Below, piece by piece: positions 49,191 to 59,559 of a stretch of 64,000 bases of DNA. Position 1 is the first letter of the stretch, and the number at the start of each line of letters is the position of its first letter. The DNA is taken from NCBI GenBank assembly GCA_964603585.1, contig CAZRVK010000003.1:195693-259692 (forward strand). Reading direction: 5' to 3'. The notes under the pieces were generated by a model. The model did no database searches. It was not told the DNA's origin and saw nothing but the letters and a program-made list of their open reading frames with translations. Made by a program: the position numbers and the translations under genes. The stretch is from an uncultured Planctomycetales bacterium. Lineage in GTDB: Bacteria > Omnitrophota > Gorgyraeia > Gygaellales > Profunditerraquicolaceae.

Positions 49191-51602
49191 ATGCATAAAA
49201 AAATACTGGTTGTTTTATTCTTGCTTTGTACTTTAGGCTATTCGCCAATATTTGCCCAGGAAACTGAAGAATCCAACGTGCCCGATGAGGCTTTAACATC
49301 AGTTGCTTCGGAGGTTCCCGCGCCAGATGCAGAAGGAATCAAGCCTTTGGCGAATTCCGGCAGCACTTCCTCTTTATTGGTTACTGCGATAGAGATCAAG
49401 GATAATAAATCTATCAGTACCAATACCATTATCTCAAAGATGAAAACTAAAATCGGTGCTCCTTATCAGGATACCGTCATAAGCGATGATTTGAAAAGGC
49501 TCTACCTGTTGGGTTTCTTTAGTGATATAAAGATTGATACCGAAAGTTATAAAAATGGCTTGAAAGTCATTGTTAGAGTTAAGGAACGGCCGATCATTGA
49601 TAAAATAACCTTCTCTGGGATTATCAGTATCACTCAAAAAGAAGAGAAGATCAAGGGGGCATTGAAATCCAAGGAAACGCAGTATTTGGATTATCCTAAC
49701 TTGGCTGAAGATGTGCGTACATTGCAGAAGATGTATGAAAAGATCGGGTTTAATCAAGCACAGATCACTTATACAGTTGATATCAATGAACAAACAAATC
49801 ACGCTACGGTACAATTTAATATCGTAGAAAGCAAAAAGGTGAGGATAAAAGATATAATCATTACCGGCAATAAAGCTTTTTCGAAGCAAAAGATACTAAG
49901 GTTATTAAAAACTAAACGGGCATGGTTCTTTAATGCCGGTATTTTAAAGGATGATGTAATCAAAGAGGATATTGAACGCATAAAATCATTTTATAGCCGT
50001 GAAGGATTTAGTGATGTGGTGGTGGAGTATCAGGTTAATTCCGATCCGGAAAAGTTATTTTTACTGATCGTCAGCATCGATATCCAGGAAGGCAACAGGT
50101 ATTTAGTAGGCAACCTGCTTATAAACGGCAATAAGGATATCCCGGAAAAGCTGATTTTGGCAAGATTAAAGGATTGCCTGCCTGGAAAAACATTCAGCCA
50201 GGATGCGTTGAAGAAAGATATTGCTAATATTCAAGGCTTATATTTTGACCGTGGATATATTTCGGTGCAGGTCCAGGAATCAACCTTTCTAAATCCGGAT
50301 ACTAACCGTATAGATGTAGTCTATAATATTGTTGAAAACCAGGTGGCTTATGTCGATAAGATTAAAGTTAGAGGCAATGTAAAAACCAAGGATATAGTTA
50401 TCCGCAGGGAGTTAAGGATCCGTCCAGGGGATAAGTTTGACGGAGATAAGCTTAAAAGAAGCAAGGAACGCCTGCAGAATTTGGGTTTCTTCGAGGATGT
50501 AAGTTATGATACCGAGGATACCCAGGAGCCCGATAAAAAAGACTTGGTTGTGGATATCAAGGAATCGAAAACCGGGGCTTTCAGTTTTGGCGGCGGATAT
50601 AGTACGGTTGACCAATTGGTGGGGTTTGTCGAGGTCGAACAGAAGAATTTCGACTGGAAGAATTTTCCTTATTTTACCGGTGCCGGGCAGAACCTGAAAT
50701 TCCGGGCATCCTTTGGCTCGGTAAGCGATAGTTTCGATCTAAGTTTTACCGAACCGTGGGTTTTTGATTTTCCGGTTTCTTTTGGTTTTGACGGTTATAA
50801 ACGGACCCATGACCGGGATGCTGATTTAGGATATGGTTACAGCGAAACCGTGGTTGGCGGCGATCTGCGCCTGGGGAAGGAATTTTCTGAATACATAAGA
50901 GGGGATCTTGTTTACCGCCTGGATCAGATAAAGATCGGCGACCCCGATACCAATGCCAGTCAGGAATTATTAAAAGAGGTTGGAAAGAATGTCATCAGCA
51001 GTACGCAGTTTGGGCTGACTTATGACAGCAGGGACAATGTCTTTGACCCGACAAGAGGTAATGTATTCAGCGGTTCTACCGAGTTAGCCGGAGGTCCGTT
51101 CAGCGGAGACAAGAATTATTTTAAGTTTGTAGGCAGGGCTTCGCATTATATCGGATTATTCCGGGGTTCGACCCTTGAGTTCCGCGGCAGGATGGGGTTA
51201 GGGACTGCTTATGGGAATTCAGATACTATCCCGATATATGAAAGATTTTTTGCCGGCGGCGGTAGCACTGTCAGAGGGTATCGTGAACGTAAAATCGGCC
51301 CATATGATCCGATAACCAAGGATCCATTAGGCGGGGATTCATTATTTATCGGGAATGTAGAATATCTGTATCCCATTTTAAGTTTTATGAAAATCGCAGC
51401 ATTTTACGATGTCGGTAATGTTTGGGAGAAAATAGGTGATTTTGGCACGGGGAATTTAAAATCCGGGCTTGGCCTTGGTTTGAGGATGAAAACCCCGATC
51501 GGCCCGATCATGCTCGATTATGGTATCCCTCTGAATAAGGAGTCCGGAGAAGATAGTAAAAGTGACGGCCGTTTCCATTTTAGCGTAAGCCACGGTTTCT
51601 AA
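49191..51602 (+). CDS. bamA: outer membrane protein assembly factor BamA (Omp85)
   Basis: Signal peptide, repeated POTRA-like units, C-terminal beta-barrel ending HGF. 803 aa. Confidence 0.85.
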   Translation: MHKKILVVLFLLCTLGYSPIFAQETEESNVPDEALTSVASEVPAPDAEGIKPLANSGSTSSLLVTAIEIKDNKSISTNTIISKMKTKIGAPYQDTVISDDLKRLYLLGFFSDIKIDTESYKNGLKVIVRVKERPIIDKITFSGIISITQKEEKIKGALKSKETQYLDYPNLAEDVRTLQKMYEKIGFNQAQITYTVDINEQTNHATVQFNIVESKKVRIKDIIITGNKAFSKQKILRLLKTKRAWFFNAGILKDDVIKEDIERIKSFYSREGFSDVVVEYQVNSDPEKLFLLIVSIDIQEGNRYLVGNLLINGNKDIPEKLILARLKDCLPGKTFSQDALKKDIANIQGLYFDRGYISVQVQESTFLNPDTNRIDVVYNIVENQVAYVDKIKVRGNVKTKDIVIRRELRIRPGDKFDGDKLKRSKERLQNLGFFEDVSYDTEDTQEPDKKDLVVDIKESKTGAFSFGGGYSTVDQLVGFVEVEQKNFDWKNFPYFTGAGQNLKFRASFGSVSDSFDLSFTEPWVFDFPVSFGFDGYKRTHDRDADLGYGYSETVVGGDLRLGKEFSEYIRGDLVYRLDQIKIGDPDTNASQELLKEVGKNVISSTQFGLTYDSRDNVFDPTRGNVFSGSTELAGGPFSGDKNYFKFVGRASHYIGLFRGSTLEFRGRMGLGTAYGNSDTIPIYERFFAGGGSTVRGYRERKIGPYDPITKDPLGGDSLFIGNVEYLYPILSFMKIAAFYDVGNVWEKIGDFGTGNLKSGLGLGLRMKTPIGPIMLDYGIPLNKESGEDSKSDGRFHFSVSHGF

Positions 51603-51660
51603 ACTCGGTAAATCCTGTGGTATAATCAATAAAAAAACAAAAACGAAAGGAGAACCAGAA

Positions 51661-52158
51661 ATGAAAAAGTTTGCATTGGTAATGGTGTTTGTTCTTGGTG
51701 TTTGTGTCGCGAGTGCATTTGCCGCAGATAAATTTGGTTATGTCAGCATGGAAAAGATCGCTGATAAATACAGTAAGGCTATAGAATATTCCAAGATCCT
51801 GGATGATAAAGAGGCAGGATATACTGCCGAGATTGATAAGAAAAAGGATGAGCTTAAAGCTGCTCAAGATAAATTGAATTTATTGAGCGATAAGGAAAAA
51901 GAAGCGAAAACCGCTGAATTTGAAGCGAAGTTCAAGAGTTTTCAGGATTTTGTCCGCGCAAAGCAGTCTGACCTGCGTAAAGAAGGCGTTGATAAAACTG
52001 TCGAAATATCAAAGGATATAAAGAACGCCATAACTACTTATGCAGAAAAAGAAGGGTTTACTTTGGTCTTTGATGCCGCGGCATTGGCATATCAATCAAA
52101 GTCCATGGACATTACGGACAATATAATCGAGATCTTGAATAAGAACGCAAAGAAATAA
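51661..52158 (+). CDS. skp: periplasmic chaperone Skp/OmpH
   Basis: 165 aa with signal peptide and coiled-coil K/E-rich body, downstream of bamA. Confidence 0.8.
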   Translation: MKKFALVMVFVLGVCVASAFAADKFGYVSMEKIADKYSKAIEYSKILDDKEAGYTAEIDKKKDELKAAQDKLNLLSDKEKEAKTAEFEAKFKSFQDFVRAKQSDLRKEGVDKTVEISKDIKNAITTYAEKEGFTLVFDAAALAYQSKSMDITDNIIEILNKNAKK

Positions 52159-52179
52159 CCTGTTTAAAGGCCGAAATTA

Positions 52180-53220
52180 ATGCGGAAGACTTTAAAGGAA
52201 ATAGCCTTACTTATAGAAGGAGAGGTTGTCGGCGACGACAGTATCGTGATTACCGGAGCCTCGGGGATAAGAGAGGCTCAATCCGGGGATATTACATTCC
52301 TGGCAAATCCCAAATACATGGGTTTTATAGATAAGACCAAGGCTTCGGCGATAATTGTTTCGCCGGAGGTCGAGTCTAATATAAAACCTGTTATTCGCAC
52401 TAAAGATCCTTCTTTAGCTTTCGCGAAAATCGTCTCTTTGATTTCGGCTGTTGAAATCAGGCATCCTAAAGGGATACATCCCACCGCTATAATAGGCAAG
52501 GATGTTTTTCTCGGTAAGGATGTCGGGATAGGGCCTTATGCAGTTGTTGAGGATAATGCTTCCTTAGGCGACCACACGGTTATTTATTCCGGCTGTTATA
52601 TTGGATGCGGCGCAAAGATCGGAGCGCATGTTGTTATTTACCCGAACGTTTCTATTCGTGAATCGATATTGATCGGTAACCGGGTGATTATCCACAGCGG
52701 GACGGTCATTGGTTCTGACGGGTTCGGGTTTGTTAATATAAACGGGGTGCATCAAAAGATTCCTCAATTAGGAACGGTGGTAATTGAGGATGACGTAGAG
52801 ATCGGTTCGAATGTAAGTATCGACCGGGCAAGGTTTGATAAGACTGTTATTGGCCGCGGGACTAAGATAGATAATCTTGTGCAGATCGCGCATAATGTTG
52901 TCATTGGCCAGAATTCGATCATTGTTTCTCAAGCCGGTATCTCCGGCAGCACCCAGATCGGCCATGGGGTAACCTTAGCCGGACAGGCGGGATTAGTCGG
53001 GCATATCACTGTAGGCGATGGCGCGGTAGTTGCTGCGCAGGCCGGGGTGACTAAATCGGTCCCTGCCCGGACGATGGTGTCGGGTTATCCGGCTAAACCG
53101 CATGAGGTTGCGCGTAAGGTAAATGCCTGTGTGCAAAATCTGCCGAAGTTATATGAAACCATTGCACAGTTAAGAAAGAAAGTGGAAGACCTGGAAAAGA
53201 AAGTATCAAACCATGGATAA
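52180..53220 (+). CDS. lpxD: UDP-3-O-acylglucosamine N-acyltransferase
   Basis: N-terminal LpxD domain with left-handed beta-helix hexapeptide repeats. 346 aa. Confidence 0.9.
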   Translation: MRKTLKEIALLIEGEVVGDDSIVITGASGIREAQSGDITFLANPKYMGFIDKTKASAIIVSPEVESNIKPVIRTKDPSLAFAKIVSLISAVEIRHPKGIHPTAIIGKDVFLGKDVGIGPYAVVEDNASLGDHTVIYSGCYIGCGAKIGAHVVIYPNVSIRESILIGNRVIIHSGTVIGSDGFGFVNINGVHQKIPQLGTVVIEDDVEIGSNVSIDRARFDKTVIGRGTKIDNLVQIAHNVVIGQNSIIVSQAGISGSTQIGHGVTLAGQAGLVGHITVGDGAVVAAQAGVTKSVPARTMVSGYPAKPHEVARKVNACVQNLPKLYETIAQLRKKVEDLEKKVSNHG

Positions 53221-54532
53221 CCAAAGGACTATAGCAAAAGCGATTGATCTTAAAGGTATTGGATTGCATACCGGCAACAAAGTGCACATGCGCCTTTTGC
53301 CGGCAAATGCAGATACCGGGATAAACTTTATCCGGGTGGATCTATCTCCGCGCCCGAAGATCAAGGCAGTTATGGCAAATGCGATCTCGCATGCACATAG
53401 TCCAAGACGCACCTCGATCGGTATGGGGGATGTCCAGATCCATACAATTGAGCATTTGATGTCGGCGTTATTGGGGTTAGGGATAGATAATATCGAGATC
53501 GAGATGGATAACAATGAAGTTGCCGGTATGGATGGCAGTAGTTTAAGCTTTGTCGATGCGTTAATAGATGCGGGCATTATCGAGCAGGATAAACCCAGGG
53601 AATATTATGTTATCCGCGACCCGGTGGTGGTAGAGGAGAACGGATGTTCTATTATCGCTTTGCCCGGGCCTGATTTTAAGATCTCCTATACCCTACAATA
53701 CAGAAATTCTTTTTTAGGGACCCAGTTCATGGAGGTGGTGGTTTCTCCGGAATCCTTCAGGAATGAGATTTGTCCGGCACGGACTTTTTGCCTTGAAGAG
53801 GAAGCCCAGGAATTACAGCGCAATGGCGTAGGTTTGGGCGCAAATTATGATAATACCCTGGTAGTAGGAAAATCCGGAGTGGTCAAGAATAAGTTGAGGT
53901 ATGACAACGAATTTGTCCGGCATAAGATGCTGGATCTTTTGGGGGATATAAGCCTTTTAGGAATGCCGATTAAAGGGCATCTTGTTGCTATCCGCAGCGG
54001 GCATTCCATGAATTTAAAACTGGCAAGAAAGATCTTGCAGCAAAAAGAGCGGTTGTTTTTGGGCGGGATCAGTATAAGTCATTGCCCTCAAGAAGGGGAA
54101 TCTTTAGAGGCGCAGGATATTATGAAGATATTGCCGCATCGCGACCCTTTTTTGTTTGTTGACCGGGTAATAAGGCTGGAAAGAGGCAAACATGCGGTAG
54201 GCATTAAGAATGTAACGGTAAATGACTATTTCTTTAAAGGCCATTTTCCCGGCCGTCCGGTAATGCCCGGGGTTTTAATGGTAGAGGCCATGGCTCAAGT
54301 AGGCGGGGTAATGATGCTTGCCAATGAAGAGAATAAAGGAAAACTGGCTTTTTTCTTGGCGATTAACAATGTCAAATTCCGCAAGACCGTTGTTCCGGGG
54401 GACCAGTTGATCTTTGATGTAGTTGCCGGAAAATTAAAATCAAAGACCGGACAGGTGCATGGAAAAGCATTTGTTGACGGTAAAGTAGTAGCCGAGGCAG
54501 ACCTTATGTTTGCCATAGTTGAGTCAAAATAA
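53213..54532 (+). CDS. lpxC/fabZ: bifunctional UDP-3-O-acyl-GlcNAc deacetylase / 3-hydroxyacyl-ACP dehydratase (LpxC-FabZ fusion)
   Basis: N-terminal half has LpxC motifs ([15 protein letters not shown]). C-terminal 150 aa is FabZ ([11 protein letters not shown]...[12 protein letters not shown]). Confidence 0.9.
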   Translation: MDNQRTIAKAIDLKGIGLHTGNKVHMRLLPANADTGINFIRVDLSPRPKIKAVMANAISHAHSPRRTSIGMGDVQIHTIEHLMSALLGLGIDNIEIEMDNNEVAGMDGSSLSFVDALIDAGIIEQDKPREYYVIRDPVVVEENGCSIIALPGPDFKISYTLQYRNSFLGTQFMEVVVSPESFRNEICPARTFCLEEEAQELQRNGVGLGANYDNTLVVGKSGVVKNKLRYDNEFVRHKMLDLLGDISLLGMPIKGHLVAIRSGHSMNLKLARKILQQKERLFLGGISISHCPQEGESLEAQDIMKILPHRDPFLFVDRVIRLERGKHAVGIKNVTVNDYFFKGHFPGRPVMPGVLMVEAMAQVGGVMMLANEENKGKLAFFLAINNVKFRKTVVPGDQLIFDVVAGKLKSKTGQVHGKAFVDGKVVAEADLMFAIVESK

Positions 54533-54545
54533 ACCGGGATATAAA

Positions 54546-55337
54546 ATGAAAATACATCCTACAGCGATCATTTCTAAGAAAGCAAAGTTGTCCAATGAGA
54601 TCGAAGTCGGGCCTTACTCTGTTATTACGGATAATGTGACTATCGGTGAAGGCGTAAAAATCGGCTCTCACTGCCTGATCGACGGCAATACTACGATAGG
54701 CAAAGGATGTGAATTCTTTACCGGGACGGTTATTGGCAGCCAGCCACAGGACCTTAAGTATAAAGGTGAAAACAGCACGCTTGAAATAGGCGATTATAAT
54801 ATCGTCAGGGAATATTGTACTTTTAACCCCGGTACCGGTGAGAACGGGAAAACGATCGTTGGCAATAACAATCTTTTTATGGCTTATTCCCATGTTGCTC
54901 ATGATTGCCGTCTGGGGAACAATTGTGTCTTGGCGAACAATGGTACTTTAGCCGGGCATGTGACTATTGAGGATATGGCGGTTGTGGGAGGGTTAGTTGC
55001 CATACATCAGTTCGTTACGGTAGGAAGGTTGTCTATTATCGGCGGATGTTCTAAGGTGGTTCAGGATATCCCTCCGTTTTCTACTTGTGACGGGCATCCG
55101 GCAGAGGTGTTTGGCCTTAACTTGGTAGGATTACGCCGCCATAATATAAATAGAGAATCAATAAAGCGGCTCACCCATGCTTTTAAGGTGTTGTTTAATT
55201 CCGGACTTTTAATGAAACATGCGGTGGAAATTATCGAAAAAGAGATGCCTCCGGTAAATGAAGTAACCTATCTCGTAAATTTTATCAAGAAATCCCAAAG
55301 AGGTATCAGCCATTCCTGCCGCGCATCTGCAAAATAG
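54546..55337 (+). CDS. lpxA: acyl-ACP--UDP-GlcNAc O-acyltransferase
   Basis: MKIHPTAIIS start with hexapeptide repeats and an LpxA C-terminal helical domain. ATG at 54546. The track ORF from 54519 overlaps the lpxC/fabZ end. Confidence 0.9.
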   Translation: MKIHPTAIISKKAKLSNEIEVGPYSVITDNVTIGEGVKIGSHCLIDGNTTIGKGCEFFTGTVIGSQPQDLKYKGENSTLEIGDYNIVREYCTFNPGTGENGKTIVGNNNLFMAYSHVAHDCRLGNNCVLANNGTLAGHVTIEDMAVVGGLVAIHQFVTVGRLSIIGGCSKVVQDIPPFSTCDGHPAEVFGLNLVGLRRHNINRESIKRLTHAFKVLFNSGLLMKHAVEIIEKEMPPVNEVTYLVNFIKKSQRGISHSCRASAK

Positions 55338-55395
55338 GCCAAACTTTCGTAAGCGCCGGTAGTGTTTTATTTCTAAAAGAAAATAAATTCTTAAT

Positions 55396-56196
55396 ATGAA
55401 AAAGATTGGATTAATTGCTGGTAACAGGAAATTCCCGCTTATTTTTGCGCAAGCCGCACGTAAAAGGAATTATTCCGTAGTTGCGGTAGCGATCAAGGGG
55501 GATACTGCCCGCAGGTTAAATAAACTGGTGGATAAGATACACTGGTTATCCCTTAGCGAGTTTTCCCGGATCTTCGAGATCTTTAGGTCAGAGGGGATAA
55601 CTGACGTGGTAATGGCTGGCCAGATCAGCCCTTGGCGGTTATTTAGTAAGGAAGTGGGCCGTGATCCGGAACTAAGGAATATCCTTTCGAATATAAAGGA
55701 CAAAAAGGCGGATACGATCTTTGGGTCAATAGCAGAAAGGTTAAAGGAATCTGGCCTGAAATTAGTGGACTCTACATTATTTTTAGAGGATTACTTGCCG
55801 AAAAAAGGGGTTTTGACCAGGAATGAACCGGATTTTTCTGGTTGGGATGATGTATATTTTGGTCTGGATCTGGCTAAAGAAATAGCCCGCCTGGATATTG
55901 GCCAGACAGTGGCGGTAAAAGATAAGGCGATTGTAGCGGTAGAAGCTTTAGAAGGTACGGACCGCTTGATTCGGCGCGCCGGAGCTATCGTCCGGGGGGT
56001 TGCAATAGTTAAAGTCAGTAAGCCTAAGCAGGACATGAGGTTTGATATTCCGGTAATCGGCTTGAATACTGTAAAGAATCTTATTCGGGCAAAAGGCGCA
56101 TGCCTGGCTTTTGAGGCAGGAAAGACACTTTTTATCGATAAAAAAGAAAGCCTGCAACTTGCGAATAAAAAGGGCGTGTCTATCGTTGCAATATAA
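55396..56196 (+). CDS. lpxI: UDP-2,3-diacylglucosamine pyrophosphatase LpxI (DUF1009) - tentative
   Basis: KIGLIAGNRKFPLIFAQAA N-terminus and ~266 aa size fit LpxI. Adjacent to lpxA. Confidence 0.6.
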   Translation: MKKIGLIAGNRKFPLIFAQAARKRNYSVVAVAIKGDTARRLNKLVDKIHWLSLSEFSRIFEIFRSEGITDVVMAGQISPWRLFSKEVGRDPELRNILSNIKDKKADTIFGSIAERLKESGLKLVDSTLFLEDYLPKKGVLTRNEPDFSGWDDVYFGLDLAKEIARLDIGQTVAVKDKAIVAVEALEGTDRLIRRAGAIVRGVAIVKVSKPKQDMRFDIPVIGLNTVKNLIRAKGACLAFEAGKTLFIDKKESLQLANKKGVSIVAI

Positions 56197-56266
56197 CGGG
56201 TTATGCATAAAAAGGCTTGACAGTACTGTATTTGTTAGGTATAACAATAGCACAAGAAAAAGGAGG

Positions 56267-56569
56267 ATGGAGATGGCAAGGATGAGTAGTGCTAAGACAA
56301 GTGCAGGTAAAGCAAGTGCAACTCAATTCAAGTTCTATGCGCCTAATGCAAAGAAGGTAAGCTTGGCGGGTAGTTTCAATAACTGGAATACCAAGGAATT
56401 TTGTGCTAAAAAGGATACAAAAGGCAATTGGGTAGTTAAGATGAGTTTAAAGCCCGGCCGGTATGAATACAAGTTCTTTGTTGACGGTGCCTGGATCAAT
56501 GACCCAAATTGTACGGATTGCGTAAGCAATTCTTTCGGTAGTTCTAATTCGGTTTTAAACATAAAATAA
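56267..56569 (+). CDS. stand-alone CBM48 / early-set glycogen-binding domain protein (~100 aa)
   Basis: ATG 56267 after an AAAAGGAGG RBS. FKFYAPNAKKVSLAGSFNNWN...GRYEYKFFVDGAWINDP is the CBM48/AMPK-beta GBD pattern. The track ORF from 56111 is an extension. Confidence 0.5.
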   Translation: MEMARMSSAKTSAGKASATQFKFYAPNAKKVSLAGSFNNWNTKEFCAKKDTKGNWVVKMSLKPGRYEYKFFVDGAWINDPNCTDCVSNSFGSSNSVLNIK

Positions 56570-56658
56570 AGAATAAGTTTCCCCACCTTCTCTTAGAATA
56601 TTCGATTTTAAGGTAGTTAGCCTATAAGCTAATATCTATAAGAAGGTGGGTTTTTTAT

Positions 56659-57378
56659 ATGCGCTATATATTCGGTCCTTTAAAGTCCAGAAGACTGGGA
56701 AATTCTTTAGGTATTAACCTTACTCCTTATAAGGTTTGTACATTCGATTGTATTTACTGCCAGTTAGGCAAAACCACCCAAAAAACACAGACACGCCGGG
56801 AATATTTCCCCGCCTCGGAGATCTTAGAGGAGATAAGGAACTGGTTTCAGCATAATCCTGATCAGGCGAGTACCCTGCAATATATTACATTTTCCGGTTC
56901 AGGCGAGCCGACCCTCAATGTTAGGATCGGAGAGCTGATTTCCGGAATAAGAAAGATCACTAATGTGCCGGTTGCAGTGATAACCAATGCTTCGTTGTTA
57001 AATGATCCCTTGGTGCGTAGTGCCTTATTGACGGCGGATTTGATCATACCTTCTTTAGATGCAGTAGTCCCCGAGGTTTTCCAGGAGATAGACCAGCCGC
57101 AAGAGGGAGTAAGAATAGAAGATATCATTAACGGTTTGATCAGTTTCCGCAAGGAGTTCAGAGGCCAGATCTGGCTGGAAGTGATGCTGGTAAGCGGGAT
57201 AAATGATGACCTGCGTTATATTAAGAAGCTCAAAGAGGTAATAGACCAGATTGATCCGGACAAGATCCAGATCAATTCTCCTGTGCGGGTCGGCACCGAG
57301 GCGGGTATTTCTTCTCCGGATAGGCAAAAACTTGAGAAGATAAAAGAGATCCTCGGGGAAAACTGTGAGATCGTTTGA
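56659..57378 (+). CDS. radical SAM protein (core domain only, no SPASM extension)
   Basis: CTFDCIYC CxxxCxxC cluster motif near the N-terminus. 239 aa. Confidence 0.75.
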   Translation: MRYIFGPLKSRRLGNSLGINLTPYKVCTFDCIYCQLGKTTQKTQTRREYFPASEILEEIRNWFQHNPDQASTLQYITFSGSGEPTLNVRIGELISGIRKITNVPVAVITNASLLNDPLVRSALLTADLIIPSLDAVVPEVFQEIDQPQEGVRIEDIINGLISFRKEFRGQIWLEVMLVSGINDDLRYIKKLKEVIDQIDPDKIQINSPVRVGTEAGISSPDRQKLEKIKEILGENCEIV

Positions 57379-57381
57379 ATT

Positions 57382-57454
57382 GCGCTCGTAGCTCAATGGA
57401 TAGAGCGCTAGCCTTCGGAGCTAGGCGTTGCGAGTTCGACTCTCGCCGAGCGCG
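57382..57454 (+). tRNA. tRNA-Arg (anticodon UCG)
   Basis: Manual fold: GCGCUCG/CGAGCGC acceptor, GCUC/GAGC D-stem, GCUAG-CUUCGGA-CUAGC anticodon arm, GCGAG-UUCGACU-CUCGC T-arm, discriminator G. Starts 4 nt after the radical SAM stop. Confidence 0.9.
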
Positions 57455-57478
57455 TGTTCATTAAGAGTTAATTCGCGT

Positions 57479-58495
57479 CTATTTGATCAGGGTTTTGTAC
57501 TCTTTTAAGTATTCGGTAGGTTCTATAGTTTTAGGAACAAACAGCAGTTTTATCTCCGAAAGATATTCCCCTTTATCCAATTTCATTACCGGCATCCCTG
57601 CTCCCAGCGTAGTATCTTTAATGATCGTTACTATTCTGCCTCCTGATAAGTTCTCGGCTGCATCAAAGAAAATACAGCTGTTCGGGATATCCCTGCGGTT
57701 AAAGCCTAAACTGGCATATCTCTGCCATGAGGGGGAGTAAACCATTATCGCTTCATCTGTCGCCTGTGGGATAATCACCCAGAAGTCTTTAAACTTTTCA
57801 GATTCTTTTAGTGTGGTAAAAGGGGGCTTTTCATCGTGGGCGGATTCGATGAATAGGATCTTTTGTCCGGGGGTTTTATACATAAAGCGGAGATTACTCC
57901 ATGTTTTTGGCGTAATTTCGGTCAGATCCGGTTCAGTCCCAAACAATAGTTTTCCGAAAGGGGAAAAGCCAAATTGCTGGAAAAACCCCACATGGGTATA
58001 AATATCATCTTTGAGGTTTTGTCTGGCAAGGATATCTACGCGTTTGGTATATTTATAAACCACTACATTGACTTTAGCAGAAAATACATCTTTGGATAAT
58101 GGTTTTGCGGCCCTATCAGGGTATCGATAGGTAATTTGTGATTCCGGAAAATCCAATTCTACTATTACTCGGTCATTTAAATCCTTAATTCTTTTCGTGA
58201 CCCCTTTATTCAGGTACATCGAATAACTGTTATCTAATCCGTCGGGTATATTATTGCCGTCAAAGGAATTATTCCCGAAATTAAAACAGGAAGCGATTTT
58301 TATGGAGTTACCTGAATCATCCTGAATAGAGATCCTGCCTCCGGTGAATTCGGTTTTCCAAATATTCACTTTGAGGTTACCGGTATCTACGAACACCTCG
58401 GCAGAAGTCTCCATGATCTCGGTTTTAGCGGCATAGGCTATTGAGGCGGCTGTAAATAGGAATATCCAGGCTATAATGCAGTATTTTTTTCGCAT
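57479..58495 (-). CDS. hypothetical secreted protein (338 aa)
   Basis: Signal peptide MRKKYCIIAWIFLFTAASIAYA. No recognised domain. Confidence 0.5.
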   Translation of the reverse strand: MRKKYCIIAWIFLFTAASIAYAAKTEIMETSAEVFVDTGNLKVNIWKTEFTGGRISIQDDSGNSIKIASCFNFGNNSFDGNNIPDGLDNSYSMYLNKGVTKRIKDLNDRVIVELDFPESQITYRYPDRAAKPLSKDVFSAKVNVVVYKYTKRVDILARQNLKDDIYTHVGFFQQFGFSPFGKLLFGTEPDLTEITPKTWSNLRFMYKTPGQKILFIESAHDEKPPFTTLKESEKFKDFWVIIPQATDEAIMVYSPSWQRYASLGFNRRDIPNSCIFFDAAENLSGGRIVTIIKDTTLGAGMPVMKLDKGEYLSEIKLLFVPKTIEPTEYLKEYKTLIK

Positions 58496-58667
58496 ACTTT
58501 GGATATTAGCAGATAATTGATAAGATTAAAAGTAAAAAATCACCGGCAAGCCGCCTTATTTTTTGGTTTACATCAGTATAGTTAGTGATATAATCAACAT
58601 AAGATTGGGAATTAGCATGATTTGCTTTGCCTTGCAGCTAAAACAGATAAAAAGGAGGCCTGGTAAT

Positions 58668-59111
58668 ATGAAAAAAGCGGTTTTGTTTTTTAGTTTATTT
58701 TTGTTTGTTTTAGTAGCTTTGGTGGATGTAAATGCTCAAGAATCCAAGCCGCCGGAGCCCGCTGATAATAGCCGTCAGGCGCTCATCGATACCCGGGATA
58801 TGCGCTATGAAAAAAGCCCGATCAATAAATTAGGCCGCGGACTGATCAATACCGTAACCTGTTTGATCGAGACTCCTGCGGGTGTTTACCGGGTAAGCAG
58901 TACTAAGGGAGCGATTGTCGGATGGACCCTTGGTTTGGCCGAAGGGCTGTTTACTTCACTTTTGCGGGGAGCCAGCGGTATTTTTGATGTAGTTACATGT
59001 ATTGTGCCACCGTACAATAAGCCTCTGATGCAGCCGGAGTATGCGATAGATAGTTTTGAAGAAAGCTACCGGGATTTAGGCGAGGCAGAGATGAAGATCC
59101 CTGACCTATAA
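58668..59111 (+). CDS. hypothetical secreted protein (147 aa); possibly exosortase-system-associated TIGR04073-like
   Basis: ATG 58668 after an AAAAGGAGG RBS, then a signal peptide. KLGRGLINTVT...IVPPYNKP resembles TIGR04073 from memory (low certainty). Confidence 0.4.
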   Translation: MKKAVLFFSLFLFVLVALVDVNAQESKPPEPADNSRQALIDTRDMRYEKSPINKLGRGLINTVTCLIETPAGVYRVSSTKGAIVGWTLGLAEGLFTSLLRGASGIFDVVTCIVPPYNKPLMQPEYAIDSFEESYRDLGEAEMKIPDL

Positions 59112-59125
59112 AGTATAATTGTTGA

Positions 59126-59160
59126 AAAGGGCTGAACTTAACGGTTCAGCCCTTTTTTAT
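59126..59160 (+). terminator. rho-independent terminator
   Basis: AAGGGCTGAAC-ttaac-GGTTCAGCCCTT followed by TTTTTAT. Confidence 0.8.
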
Positions 59161-59178
59161 TTAAGGATAAGATTGTGA

Positions 59179-59559
59179 TCAAGAATCCTTGATCATTGAA
59201 TAATATATGGTTATTACCACGATAATGAATATTGCTACGCAATGCAATATATCCGCATAAGTAGTTGCCGAGCCTTCTATTCCTACCTGTAATTTGGCAT
59301 CGAATCCCGAAGATAATACCAGGATGGTTGATGTGATTAGACAGTAGGAAAACGATTTTTTAAATCCCCAGAATTTTGTAAGGACAATAAATGTTAGCAG
59401 GATAAAAAAATCAAATACCGGATTATCGAATGAGAAGTGCAAGGCTTTTAACTGGCGGATATAGGGCTGTAGGGATTCGATAAAAGCGGACATCTTTTCT
59501 TTATCGGAGAAGATGCTGAACTTTTCTTGTATGTAGGAGATTACCCCTTCCAAGGACAT
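59179..59559 (-). CDS. hypothetical membrane protein (126 aa)
   Basis: Three predicted hydrophobic helices. Overlaps the upstream gene start by 1 nt. Confidence 0.45.
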   Translation of the reverse strand: MSLEGVISYIQEKFSIFSDKEKMSAFIESLQPYIRQLKALHFSFDNPVFDFFILLTFIVLTKFWGFKKSFSYCLITSTILVLSSGFDAKLQVGIEGSATTYADILHCVAIFIIVVITIYYSMIKDS

